DNA of 63,921 bases, filler included, from Perkinsus olseni (Eukaryota), in NCBI GenBank assembly GCA_013115125.1. It is 4 parts of 4 records of this genome, joined end to end, with 100 filler letters (N's around TTAATTAATTAA, not from the genome) between each part and the next. Parts side by side here need not be neighbours in the genome. Positions count along the whole stretch, not along the records: positions 1 to 15,940 come from JABANN010000690.1; 3 more parts are not named here. One strand, 5' to 3'. The number at the start of each line of letters is the position of its first letter. Position 1 is the first letter of the stretch. A model generated the notes under the pieces. It had not been told where the DNA came from. It made no database searches and saw nothing but the letters and a program-made list of their open reading frames with translations. Made by a program: the position numbers and the translations under genes. Shown one piece after another: positions 1-12,405 of this stretch.

Positions 1-1096
1 ATGATTATCAGCGTCAGTGCCTCAAGAGAGGTCGCGGTGACAGCCTCTACAGCCACTGCAAGAAGTACCAGCTACTTGCTGGGGACTACGAGGTCGTTGA
101 GGATTTAACGGAGACGCTCTCCTACTTCGTCGATGCCACGAAACTGTTTTCAGCGACGAAGTTCTCCACCTTGGGAATGATAAGGCCCGTCATCGCTGGA
201 CTCCTCTCAATCCTTGAAGATGTTCAGGGAGGTCGCGGGCGACGACACAAGATCAGGCAAAGCCTGGCAGGTGGCGTCAGAAAGTATTTCGCTGAGTTCC
301 TTGCGGACAACACAACAGTCGGTAAACTTTGCACCTGTGCTGCCTATCTGAGCCCACAAGTAGCCGATACTGAACGTGAGGATGTTGCACAGGCTGCTGT
401 AAGAGACTGCATGGAGGTCTTCGGCATTGAAGACCGAGTCATGACATTTCCCGAGCGTGATGAGGATCAGGGCGGAACCTGCAATTTGCAGTCGCGATGT
501 GATCTACTCAAGCGTGTCAAGAGAAGGGAGCCATGCATTCGACAGGAAGACATGTCTACAGTGACAAGGGAGTTTCAAGTGTATGAGAGGTTATTAGCAT
601 CCAGGAATGCGGAGGCTGTTCCTTCGAACCCTCTGGAATTCTGGAAAGTTACCCCGGAGCTACCCACCCTGTCAAGAGTGGCCTTCGAGGTGCTTTCCAT
701 TCCTAGTGGGTCAGTGGCGTGCGAGGAGATGTTCTCGGTATCTGGGAATTTGAGCCGTAACCGAAGGAGCAGGTTGTCAGATTCGATGCTCCGTTCGATA
801 ATGTTATTGAAAGAATACTAGTTTTTCTGCTCGTTCCTTTGTAGTGTGCTTAGTTTTATTACAGTGCTTTTTGAGTATCGTGCCATGTAGTGATCATGAG
901 AGAGGGTTTCCATCGAAACTTGATGACCATGTGTTGAGATAGGGGGTCATTTGTAGTTGAATTACGACTATCTGGTGACTCTGGAAGTGTGCCGTGCCGT
1001 ACTGTCGTACTGCCGTACCGTACTCAAATCTCGGGTTCTGTCACGGGAAACGTCGTACCGTACCGTACCGTAAAAAGTACGGTTTGCCCATCTCTA
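1..1096 (+). mobile_element. hAT DNA transposon, right end with subterminal repeats and terminal inverted repeat
   Basis: Clustered CCGTA/CGTAC subterminal repeats lie at about 990-1082. The terminus ...GTACGGTTTGCCCATCTCTA ends at 1096 (reverse complement TAGAGATGGGCAAAC, a hAT-like TIR) downstream of the transposase. Confidence 0.8.
3..821 (+). CDS. hAT-superfamily transposase, C-terminal part with dimerisation domain (5' truncated at contig start)
   Basis: The frame is open from position 3 (...VEDLTETLSYFVDATKLFSATKFSTLGMIRP...) and is intronless. It ends with the hAT dimerisation signature NPLEFWK...PTLSRVAFEVLSIPSGSVACEEMFSVSG...RRSRLSDSML. Confidence 0.9.
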   Translation, partial: DYQRQCLKRGRGDSLYSHCKKYQLLAGDYEVVEDLTETLSYFVDATKLFSATKFSTLGMIRPVIAGLLSILEDVQGGRGRRHKIRQSLAGGVRKYFAEFLADNTTVGKLCTCAAYLSPQVADTEREDVAQAAVRDCMEVFGIEDRVMTFPERDEDQGGTCNLQSRCDLLKRVKRREPCIRQEDMSTVTREFQVYERLLASRNAEAVPSNPLEFWKVTPELPTLSRVAFEVLSIPSGSVACEEMFSVSGNLSRNRRSRLSDSMLRSIMLLKEY

Positions 1097-1370
1097 ATAA
1101 ATAGTGTAGGTCATTCTCGCAGACGTGGGCCCATCATTTACGTAGACCTAGGGTGAGTATGAGGGAGAATAGAGACACAGCGCTGTGGATCCCAGTGGGA
1201 TCATCCCACCAGGCTCCTGATCATACTCTATCGGTGCCGCTCAACGCCACGTACTCCCCGATAGTACCTGTTGTACCCGAGCATGTTTCTGGAGGTCGCC
1301 GTGTTGTGTTGTCCCGAAGTTGGTTGTGACTCTTGACCATCAGAGGTATTTCGTCTTACCAGGGGTTCTA

Positions 1371-3483
1371 ATGTCTCAGCAAAGTCCAGAATCCCAGCCT
1401 ACGGAGCCTGCTCCTCCGGCTGCTGCTGCACCTCACCCTATAGAGGGTGGCGGTAGTGGAGTCACTAGTCCAGGTACACCACCTCAACAAGTGATGGGGC
1501 CCAATCACTCGCGGCCTGACTTCCCCAAGGGAGACCCGTCTTTTGCGCCCTACGCCGCTATGTAAGCCTCATCCTGTCTCACTGCTCTCGAACCTATCAC
1601 TTAGGTACGACCTCATGTCGACTAAACGCGACGCCGAGCCTTCCGAACTTCCACCTCCGCAATCACGCATCCGTAAGTATGGACATATACCGTAGCGGTC
1701 AGTCTCGTTCGTGGTGTCCCCCTAGATCACTTGGTGTGCTTGTACATCCTTCTGCTGTGATGCTGGACGACGCTCCTTCATTTCGTTATTGCTTCAGCTA
1801 TCGATGCAACGGAGAGCTTTCCTATCAATAGTGATGCATTTGAAGGGAAGATCGTAAGGACTGGGCCATCACGGTGTATCCCCCGTGGGGATTCCCCCTA
1901 GTTCGAGGCCCGTTAAGATTGTCACGCCATCAGGTTGTGATACATCGGCCTCCTGACCCGAACGGTCCTTTCCCTTATCATGGGTATATGGGGAAGAAGA
2001 GAAGGTAAGGGCCACTAATGCATGCTTGCTACCATATTCATAATACTCTCAGACGTTGGGAACTCCGATGGCAGGGACGATTCAAGAGAAAGCCAAGTAA
2101 GTTACTTCAGCTCGGCCGTCGTATATTCTGGGTTATTCATCTAATCGTCAGGTTCGGCATTATTTTTTGGAATAGAAGCGACCCAGCCTCTCCCCGAGCT
2201 GGGGTTTGTCGCAAAATCGGGTAATACATCTCACCAAAGAGTCATGTCGTACAATATTCCTCATGCGTCCCTATCCGCTAGTATATTTCCTGGACTTTCA
2301 GGGGTGCGTCTGGTTTTATCGATCTCCACGCGTTTGGCGGCCGCTAGAGGGACGATGTTACTGAGTAGTACAGCAATCGCCCTCGCATGAGTGTCATTCC
2401 TCTACCTCAGCAAATTATCCCAACCCTGATCCGTCTAAGAACACATTTTTCACCTTCCCGCTAGTCAGCGCCGATACGGTGAGTCCTCTATCTGCAGCTC
2501 TCTGCACACTCACTGATCAACTCGCTATGCCTCCGATTCTCGCCTCAGTGTATCGTATCGGACCTGGATACACCCCCGGAAGAACTCCCAGATATTACAG
2601 CCGACAAAGCGCTCACAGGTGTCGTCCGAGGGGCTTGCGAACCACATCTCACATCGATGCCCTGCTGTACTCCCTACTGTGTTCTCCTTCAGGCAAAGTA
2701 ACTCATGACTACTTGTTTGACACAGAGCATATCTATACTTTTTGCTACTATTCCATGTAATGTTACTTGTCGCGGTTATTATTTGACTGGGAACTGCTTC
2801 ATCCTTTTCTCATAGGAGTCCTCATTATTATCACACGAGCCCGGTAGCTAGCTTGCTTTAGGTACATTGACTTCGTGACCTGGGATTTACGTAACTTACC
2901 TGTTGTCAGTGGTAATAGGGATTATACATATCACATTGCATCGTGTATCATGATACTCAGCAGCGTCTCGAGTCATTGATGTTAGGCACGTCGTTGTGCA
3001 CGTTCACTGGTCATCAGCCTATCCATGTTATCATCAAAGACCAGGAAGATGAGTACTTCATGGACGTGCTTATAGCGCATAGGTAAGGCATCTGCTTCGC
3101 CTAGTTCACTGTCGTAATGATAGTTCCTCGATAGGTGTCTTTCCCCTGTGTGGGCTGACTACATCGCGCCTGACGAGTCAACAGCTGAAGTACTGAATCT
3201 CAAGAAGCGCATGTCGAGGTTGAGTTCGACTGATAGTATGGACTTTGTCAGTTGTCATTCATACTCGTAGGATACATCACCTCTGCTCCAGTGGTATCTT
3301 CAGTCTGTTCGTCAACTGAAGCCACCATAACGGAGCACGACTAGCTATTGATATTTCTTCAGATGGGAAGAAGGCAGTGAGGCCTCGTCATCATCAAATG
3401 ACGTGGTATCCGTTGTGGAGGTTGTAGATGTTATCGATAAGAAGGGGGACAATGGCCAGACTGACAAGGTAGTGCTATGGTGA
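1371..3483 (+). CDS. Multi-exon DUF1769-like protein
   Basis: Spliced exons give ESFPINSDAFEGKI ... RRWELRWQGRFKRKP ... IDFVTWDLRNLPVVSG, resembling the DUF1769 pattern (pi.s..FeG.v ... f.i.iQGrFK). There are many short GT-AG introns. Ends are approximate. Confidence 0.6.
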
Positions 3484-3486
3484 TAC

Positions 3487-3900
3487 TCATCCCTTCACTT
3501 CTATCCTGGGCGATAGGCGACGTGAGACATGTCTGACGTCGATAACATGGCGTCTACGCTTCCATGTAGTGCTGGGAATTGTGTTCCACCTAGTACTCGG
3601 ATCCTGTTCGTGATGGTCTTGTGGCACTATCTGAAGGGCAGGTCCTGGTAACTCGGAAGGTGAAGATGCGCAAGCGTGACGTCGTGTTGAGCCCCTTCCG
3701 CCTTGGTAAGACAGATTTCTCATCCGGTGGTGGATGTAGGCTATAACCTGTCTGATGTATTGTTCCTCAGCGAAGAAGGCTTGGTCACGAGCGTTCATGC
3801 CATGCTATTCCGGTCGTCCTAGCGCTATGCGTCGATCACGATCTCTGAGTATGCTCGGCTCTGTATCCGAGCCTAGACACGTGAAGCATCATCATCATGG

Positions 3901-3946
<46 letters not shown>

Positions 3947-4490
3947 CAGAACAAGGGCCAAGATGGTGGGCAACGCAGGGCCAATGAGAAGGTTAATCGC
4001 CGAGTGAGCGATAATACTGATAATGTGAGCCGACATTATCCATCATCATCCCCGAGCAAGGCGGCACAGGCCGGAAAATCTTCGCCGTCCAAGAGAAAGT
4101 GATGAAGATACTTCTTGTCCTCATTAGAGCATAAGCCTCTGTTGGAAGACCGCTTGGTTGTTGTCGTTGTTGCATTGCACTTTACTACCACTCGTTGGTT
4201 TCCACTCAGTGGCGGCTGCCCCATAAGGTATGGAAGTGTTGTCGTGGGGATTCGTGCCATCGTCATTATCGTCTGAATGAGTGTATCCTTGCGTTGCATT
4301 GAGTTGTTATTGCGTTGGCCGTGTAAGGAGCAACCCTACCCTCGGGGAAGGGTTACTTACTCGAGAGATGCAACAAGCCGACGAACGTAGATAATTCGAA
4401 AGGGCTTAAACTGGAAAGTTTAGCGCATAAAGCGTACCTCTTACTGGAGAAAGCCAGAGATGGGTGAGCATGGATGAGCATTCTTATCAA
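3487..4490 (-). CDS. Hypothetical multi-exon protein
   Basis: Minus-strand ORF pieces (ARDQAFFAEEQYIRQVIAYIHHRMRN; KKYLHHFLLDGEDFPACAALL) with plausible splice sites. No recognisable family. Confidence 0.3.
3901..3946. repeat. (GAT)n microsatellite
   Basis: About 15 perfect GAT units. Confidence 0.95.
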
Positions 4491-4798
4491 CGGCCATCTG
4501 GACTACCGTCGGAAAGGACCAAGTGGGAGCCAATCATTGTGTGGACTTAAGAGCAATAACCTCCACGTTGGATTTCGATGAATCAGTAGTTCTCAGGCAA
4601 GATCACAAATACTGTTACGCTTATACCACCCCATTCGGTAAAGCACCTTCCACGCTGTAACAGGCCATGCGCGCCTCTTCTCTGGAACTGGAAATTTTGC
4701 GCCTGCGTAAATCTCGCTCGCCCGTAGCTGATCGATTCGATGTCGTAAACTCCCCATCAGGCGCCCGAAGCCGCGTTGGTACAGAAGCATCAGGCCTC

Positions 4799-5735
4799 AT
4801 GAAGACTATCCACTCTCAGATCGACATTAAGGTCCCCGAGGATGGTAGTACGGGTTGGGTTATGTTAGGATGAGGACTTGCTAGCTCTCGCACTGGAGTC
4901 ACGGTGATCACTCCTCGGTCGTCAAACGTCGTGTGTTACAGAGCGTGCGGCAGTAGCCTTCGAGCCTGGACTAGTATGACATTCGAGCAATGGGATGTTA
5001 CATGCCTACTGGTGATCGATTAATTCTTGTTTTTGTTATTCAGTCAAGGTGACTCTGAAGTCCCGTCACATCGTTGTCTCGGGCAAGTACGGCAAGCTCG
5101 AGCGAACTTTCCGTCATATCCCTGTTGACATGAAGCTCGTCGACGGTGGCAGGAAGATCACTGTTGAGATGTGGTTCGGTCTTACCAAGAGCAAGGCTTG
5201 CATCCGCACTGTTTGCTCCCACATCGAGAACATGATCACCGGTGTTCGTCAGGTAATCCTAGTTCTCGGTCATCATCATCACTGTCGTTCATGGGATGTA
5301 CATTTCGGATCATCTATGTTCTCTTTCTTTGCAGAGATACCAGTACAAGCTTCGTTTCGTGTACGCACATTTCCCCATCAACTCCAACATCACCAACAAC
5401 GGTTCCACTATCGAGATCCGTAACTTCTTGGGTGAGAAGGTCGTGCGTACCGTCGACATGATGCCCGGTGTCTCCGTGAGGAAGTCCGATGATGTTAAGG
5501 ATGAGGTCATCGTTGAGGGTGCCGACTTGGAGCTTGTCTCCCGTTCCGGTAATAGTCGGGTAGCGTCCTCTCACACCATCATCTCATTTCATGTTATTAT
5601 TCTTGAGCATTTTGTTTCTTTTTTTCAGCCGCTCTCATCCACCAGTCCACTCTCGTTCGCCACAAGGATATCCGTAAGTTCTTGGATGGTATCTACGTGA
5701 CCCAGTCTGGTGTGATTGACCAGTTGGAGGAGTAA
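4799..5735 (+). CDS. RPL9: 60S ribosomal protein L9 (uL6), 4 exons: 4799-4844, 5044-5252, 5335-5548, 5629-5735
   Basis: The spliced product reads [40 protein letters not shown]...[17 protein letters not shown]...[13 protein letters not shown]...[10 protein letters not shown]...[12 protein letters not shown]. All three introns are GT-AG and preserve the frame. Confidence 0.97.
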
Positions 5736-5957
5736 ACAGTAGCAATGCTCAATAACATCTACTGTGGATAATGTCTGGCCAGCGTCGGAGAGCTTCTGCC
5801 AACACTAAGTCTTTTGTTATCAGTATTATCAATTTTGGCAGTCGAGGGGTGTCGATTGGCGTGTAGTTCGAAGTGATGTGTTTGAAATAATGAACTCAAG
5901 TAACCGTTCATATAGAAAGTTGATCATGACTTATTCATGCATCGTACACTAGCAGCT

Positions 5958-8128
5958 TCATTCGTGATTTATCATGTTCTTGGCCAATATAGCGTTAACC
6001 CAATCACCATCTAGATTGGCAGTTTTGAGGAATAAAGGCATGTTAGGATCGAGGGGGCGTTCAACTGTACTCATGTCATCGCTATTACCAAATATAACCT
6101 GGAGATGATGCTGGAGGGATCACTCTCCATCAACCTATATCACTACCTGCCATAACGGCATCATTAGCTGGCATGGTAATCTCGACTTTATATCGTCGTT
6201 TGATATGACTTCGAACGGTCGCGTAATAACCTTATAGATCTCGACCGAGTTCATCCTATTGTATAGCCGCTCATAATAGTCAAAGCTCCTAACTCTGCAA
6301 AAACCACAAGACAAGTACTGTCTTGTTGTGTGTAGCTGGGTATACTAACCGCAGGGCATCATCCCGGACCAGTAGTTGGGTACAGCAGTATGTGGATAGC
6401 TCTGCAGCTTCAGGGGCCATACTTAATTGGATATTCATCACATCAGAGTAGAGCTCCTTGAAGGCTGTACGGTAACTGTTAGTCGCTCATTGGTATGTGA
6501 ACAGTAGGGAGTGGGACAAAGCTACCGATCTGCTCTCGCCCAGAACGGGCTGAGGAAGTTATGTGATAGATGCGCGAAGCGTAGACGGGGGTGGAGTGTC
6601 TCAAGCAAGCCGGTAGCGGCCCATTTCATCACGTCCATTATGATATTAACCTACATAGTCAGCAAGGTTAGTATGGCATTGGAGGCTATGACCGCTGCTT
6701 TGGAGATACTTTAGGCATGTGCTCAGGGGAATCTGGATGGATAAACAAAGTCCATCTTGCATAGTGATCGTATTGTTGTATTAGAAAGTGCAGATATCCT
6801 GTACACTCGTCCCCTCTAATCCAATCATATGATGGTACCACCTACTATCAACATACTGCCACATATGAGCTAGCGTATTACGGTGGCATCCTTCAGCACA
6901 TGCAGTAGACGTTCCCGTAGACCCTCAACCGACCTGGAAGCTGCTACTCTATCTGGACATTTGTTGTAGATCCGCAAGGATACTGACGATTGTATGATAC
7001 GGTCTCTGATGGCCTGTGAAGCAAGACTAGCAAGGGTCGGCGAGATGCAATGTATGAATGATACCTCCTGACTATTGGTCGTGTTAGAAGTGAGCATATC
7101 CAGTAACCATGTAACATCCTCACCACAGTAGGGTAATACAATATCGACCTCTGATGGCATTGATGGGTACTGATCAATAGTTGATAGATGTATAGTAGCC
7201 ATGCTACGGAGGTAGTTGACCCTAGTGTATCTACCTACTAGGAATGGTAGTCTCGAAACATCCTCGTCTGATACCATTCACTACAGTTCATTTATCTCTC
7301 GAGGCTTGGTCTCGTGCGCAGCGGAGGCATAGTTAGCTACATGATGGTAAAATGTATGCAAGATCTGCCATTCCTCTTCCGACGATAACAGACTCTGTTG
7401 TTCCATTGACATTAGAGTAGTTGCCGCTACTGCCCATCCACATGGCCAAAACTTGATAATACACAAGTGGACAGGGAGGTGATTGAAGGGCTCACCTCAG
7501 AAGCATATGTCAAAGATTCAAGGAACCTCAAAGTTATTATATTAGTGCGAAGGAAGTGAGCAAGCCCGTCGAACAGATCCCTAGCTTCATGAGACCGATC
7601 GCAATCGCCCGCTGTACCTGGTTGTATGCATGCTTCCTGTCTGTGATAAGTGAGGGAACTTACGTTGGAGGGGACGATAACAACAACGTTGCGGTGTGAA
7701 CCATCCATCCCAGCAACTAGGGTTACCCTGTGGGAAGGGAGTACAACATGTATGAAAGGTCCACATCGAAGGAGCATCATCATCTACTATGTGCCAACAT
7801 ATTGGATCACCATTCTGAAGAGGCCTCTGAGGGCGTATGAAGAGGATCATTATAATACCATGATGGAGCTGTGAAGTGGGTCGGTGTTGCAGCACGTATT
7901 GTAATTATATTGAGACCCATCCCCCCAACACCATGATTGGCCGGGCCATCCAGGAAGGCAGCAGGCGTCGAAGGTGAATGGTCCAGACCAGCATGGACTC
8001 CCTGTCCATGCCTCATGGTAAGTTACAGCAGCCAGTAGCACTGGAATAGTCGGTGAGTTAACATTAAAAATCATGGAACGGCAACATGATAGGAGGATAC
8101 TCATGATTGACTGACGCAACATTTGCAT
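5958..8128 (-). CDS. Secreted protein with N-terminal Cys-rich 'CW(D/S)G..F/Y...CC' repeats and a C-terminal DUF3431-like domain
   Basis: Hydrophobic N-terminus, then four repeats (SPCWSGPFTFDACC, WCWGDGSQYNYNTCC, DPICW..WTFHTCC, GNPSCWDGWFTPQRCC). Later come EVDIVLPYCGEDVTWL, LRIYNKC, GDECTGYLHFL and a C-terminal VIFG...DPNMPLFL. Multi-exon. Confidence 0.6.
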
Positions 8129-8245
8129 TTATAACATGTAAGAAGGAGCATGACAAAGCTCCTATGGTCACCCTCGGTTTACTACTAGTACAAGGTGTGA
8201 CATCATAAGCATCTACTTGATAATGATGCTGGCAGCTGCTACACT

Positions 8246-9009
8246 CTATAGAATGGCGTTGAATGCTGCTTCCCTCACGGCCCCACGTTTCATCACCTTC
8301 CGTTCTCCATCTGATAGACGGTCTTCAGCAGCCACTAGCAATTTGAATGCCTGAGAATATGCTACGTGATAGCATGAATCTGCGGACTTGTCACCTCAGT
8401 ATTTGGTCCTGCCATAGAGCTTGGTTCTAATCCATAATCATTAGCAATGAAAGGGCTAGCATTAGCCTCCTGTAATAGTAGTCTAACTAGCTCTGTATTA
8501 GCCTCTTCAGCTGCAACATGTAATAGAGTATTCCCTTGTGGTGGATGTTTATGATCAATAGCTGATCTACACCACTCCTTCGATCTTAACAGTTCCATAA
8601 CTGCAGTAGCATCATTATTACAGGCATGCTTGTACATATCCTCGACGTCTCGGATCTGATCACATTCACCATTCTCCTCATGCCTCATCGCCTAACATCG
8701 CAACAACACCCATTATTACCTCCGATTCATTTAGATCAGATATGCAGGTTCTAGCGTCACGTAAGCCCATATTGAACTCCTCCATCAATCGTACTGTCTG
8801 TGAAGCACAGTGATCAGTCGGATCAGCAGAGACGTAGCTGATACGCGAGACGGTTTACCACACCCGATGCTGGCCATCCATTACTACATCCGTTCACTTG
8901 GTGATGATGATGAATCCAGCCCTTCGGAAGAAGATGCATGAGAAGAACGTGACCCCGATGCCCCGCCACCACGTATGCCAGTAGAAGTTAGTTGATACGG
9001 CCTCGTCAT
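8246..9009 (-). CDS. Ankyrin repeat protein
   Basis: IDHKHPPQGNTLLHVAAEEANTELVRLLLQEANASPFIANDYGLEP is a canonical ankyrin repeat. Multi-exon. Confidence 0.8.
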
Positions 9010-9142
9010 ATGATGATGATGATGTCAAACCAAATCAGGTGATGAGTTAGGAAACCGTGAGTTGAGACAAGCCTTCAAGATTTGTATCCGCTTCCCACTG
9101 CTCTCCCACTAAATTGACGAGCAGCAGTTGTGTTGAATCCTC

Positions 9143-10491
9143 ATGGCGACAGTCCCATATTTCTCTCTAGTGGACGAGGATTTCACTCGGAAATTAACGG
9201 AGGAAGCCACATCAGATGATGCTGATCATCAGGAGGATAGGAAGCTAATGTACTACATGTTACTAGAGGAGGGGGAGGTGTGGTAAGGTCATCTGGTGTA
9301 TATAGGTATAAATGGGTTCTGTGGGAGCAGCTACAACCTAATCAGAAGGCAAGTGCTGCTGAATGGAAGGATCTGTCTAGACAGGTATTGCTTCTCACGT
9401 AGTACCAGTAGTATACTGGTATATTATTATCTCTAGGTCTGCACCTTTGGTACAGTCGGTGAGTTTTGGCGATACTGGAGGCACGTACCTCAACCTAGCG
9501 AGCTACTATCAGAGACAGGAGGATGCCGCTTCGTTAGGGAAGGACATGATGGATCTCTGCGAGTTGTTGAAAGTAATACCAGGATGACAGTGGGGTGGGC
9601 TTGTGACGGAGGCTCAAAGCAATAGTACTCTTGAATGAGCATGTACAGGAGTTCATCATCGTTGTGGCTCATCCAGGTATGATGCTGTTCCGAGAGGGTA
9701 TCAAACCCGAATGGGAGGACCCTCTCAATGCTGTTGGTGGGCATCTGCAGTTTTCCCTTGCCCCCAGCGTTGGTGGCAAGCAGATTGATGAGTAATACAC
9801 TATCCCACACTAGTAACTAGACATTCCCACCCTGCCTTAGGTACTGGAATAACATTGTGCTGGCAGTGATCGGTAACACTCTGCCCCATCCTGAGATGAT
9901 CACTGGTCTTCGTCTCTGTGATAAACTGTACTAGGGGTGTATTAGCCAGCCGCCTAGGACACAGTGCTGGTGAACTAGGTACACTAAACGAGGGCCTCCT
10001 CAGGGATCTGTGAGGATCGAGGTATGGTTTACTAATATGGGCGACGGAGATAAGGTGGACGAACTTACCAAGGGTATACAGGAGTGCATCTGTACTAGAC
10101 TCGATGGTAGTGATGGTAGCAAGATGAAGGGAGAGGATGATATCCCTCACTATCAGGTACTCTTGGCGGTGCCCCTCCTAAATGCGATCTTAAAACCCAT
10201 GGCGGTAAGCATTAAATTATAAGAGATGCTAACCCTCATGGTGATAGACGAGGAGGCAGCTGCTGCCAGATGAGGATGACGACGCAGATAGACAGTATTA
10301 TGTTACTACCACAATTGTACGTCACGCTAGTCTTGCTACTACTCTTGCTGCTTCGAAGTGCTCATCATAGTCCTCCTTACCATTAGCATAGCTAAACATA
10401 ATAATGAGTTGAGTCAAGTAGCATCAGTGGTGTGCTCCTTCCATAGGTTAAGGTGATCACCATCATCATTCAGCTTATTCACCGCTCTTAG
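9143..10491 (+). CDS. eIF4E: Eukaryotic translation initiation factor 4E (dinoflagellate/perkinsid eIF4E-1-like)
   Basis: Exons encode WEQ..AAEWKD, TFGTVGEFWRYW, LFREGIKPEWEDPLNAVGG, YWNNIVLAVIG, ITGLRLCDK and RIEVWF, which are the conserved eIF4E Trp motifs. The last exon and stop are uncertain. Confidence 0.88.
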
Positions 10492-10501
10492 CAAGGTTGG
10501 T

Positions 10502-12368
10502 ATGGATATCGGCCGCCATCACCATGCACCAACGAATGAGGCCACGATGCCGTATCAGTCGTCTCTCACAACAGTGACGTCGGCCTCCTCGGATATTGCT
10601 CAACTCCGAGAGGAGTTGGTCTCCTTACGGCGGCTTATTCAGAAAGCTTACCCCGTACTAGAGGTGAACCCTCTCTATAATTCCCCTTCGAATCATCACC
10701 ATAACGAAGACGGGAACGACCATTCTGCGTCCACAATTTCACAGCGAGGGGAGCAGCACTGGCTGGTAGTTGGGTACACGGCGTCTAATAAGGATCGGTC
10801 CGGGCTCGGGTAGGGTGTAGTGTGTTAGGTATCATGTAGTCGTGGAGGGGATAAGGGAGGTATACGCTCCTGGATACCATATGCATTCGAAGCAGCTTAC
10901 AAGGAGGCTAATCTACTACCAACGGAAGACGATTTAGTTCGCTATGCTCTTCGATTACACGAGCCCGTCAAAGATGCTGGTAATACTCACTCTCGATATT
11001 TTGGTATGCTCATTCGAATGGAACGTCGAAGTCGTTGAATGACGACGTTCTATCGGCAGGTGAAGCAAGGCGTGGTCTACATGAATCCCGCGCTGGAGGG
11101 TCCTCCAACAGCATACAAACAAGATGCGTGGTAATGTTGCAGTAGCATTAACGAGGACGAGTATCACCATCCCTCAGGAACTCCACGACCCTAGTAATGG
11201 GCTAGAGAAGGGCAGTGAATCCATCGCACTGTGTCTACCTGTATGTCATTTACTATGTGTTGAACAGATAATAGCATCGGTAGTAGTAGCATGGGCATCA
11301 GCGGGCACACCTCTCAGAATAGCAGCAGCTGCTTCCTCGTATTTCTTGGAATGGTTCGTGTTCGTTAGGTGTCATACCTCCTTAACGAGCATATCTATCC
11401 CTCTATGGATAACATATCCCTCTGTCTTCATCTGGCATTCTCATTACGGAGTATCACTCTTAACGATATACTTACCTGTGCTAAGTAGTGCGCGGTCATA
11501 CATGCATGCTAAATGTTGTAATCAATGTAATATGCCCCACCAGGTTTGGTGGCGTAGAGGATGGGCGTCTGATCATATCCGGAGATGTTATCCTACTACT
11601 GCCTGAGCAAGCTCCCTGGAAGTAATATGGCCCGCCGTGGGAGGCTGCTGTCTACTACGCTATAAGCCTATCTCACTACTCCCATTCACTTAATAGTAGT
11701 AGGCGTACATCCTGTACAACTGTGATGCTCCTCCTCTCAGTGATACTAGTAGCAACAACAACAACAACAATGATGCTACTACCGTCTTCACCTGCTATCC
11801 ATCCAAGTATACGCCATATCCTTCTGATGCAGCGGTCACCAACAAAATGGATAAGCAGTTATTGGTAAGCATGCCACCACTACCACGGCCGAGAGGGATT
11901 TGTCATGACCTTCAGGCATGGGTCGATTCTTTCTACGACCGTACGATGATAGGCGTCTCCCCAGCCGGAGAGCATCCCAGCCCATTTCGCCTGTCTCTGC
12001 TGGCTAAAAAGTAGGGAGGTGTATGATGGGTAGTATAAAGTTCTGTTCCTATAGGTTTGCTGCTGCTGCTGCTGATATGGTTGTTACGACCGCTTCTATG
12101 GGGCTATTGACTTGGCTATTCCAGAGATGCATAGCCAAGGATAAGACCAACACGCCTCTACCAGCACCATCGGACTCCTCTACTCTACTGCTACGATGTC
12201 CTAACCCACAATGTCCGCTATGGCCGGAGTGTTGTGGACATCAGTCTATCGCTGATGGTACTACTAGAAAGAACAGGCCAATAGTGGAGCTGCGCACTAT
12301 CCTCATCGGTGGAGGAAATGATGTATTAAAGGCAGACGGTGATCCTGACAATGGTCATAGCTCTTCCT

Positions 12369-12405
<37 letters not shown>

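Noticed and set aside
3755-4102. Poly-Asp/poly-Ile ORFs here and the poly-Met ORF at 15730-15996
   Set aside because: They are translations of (GAT)n microsatellites.
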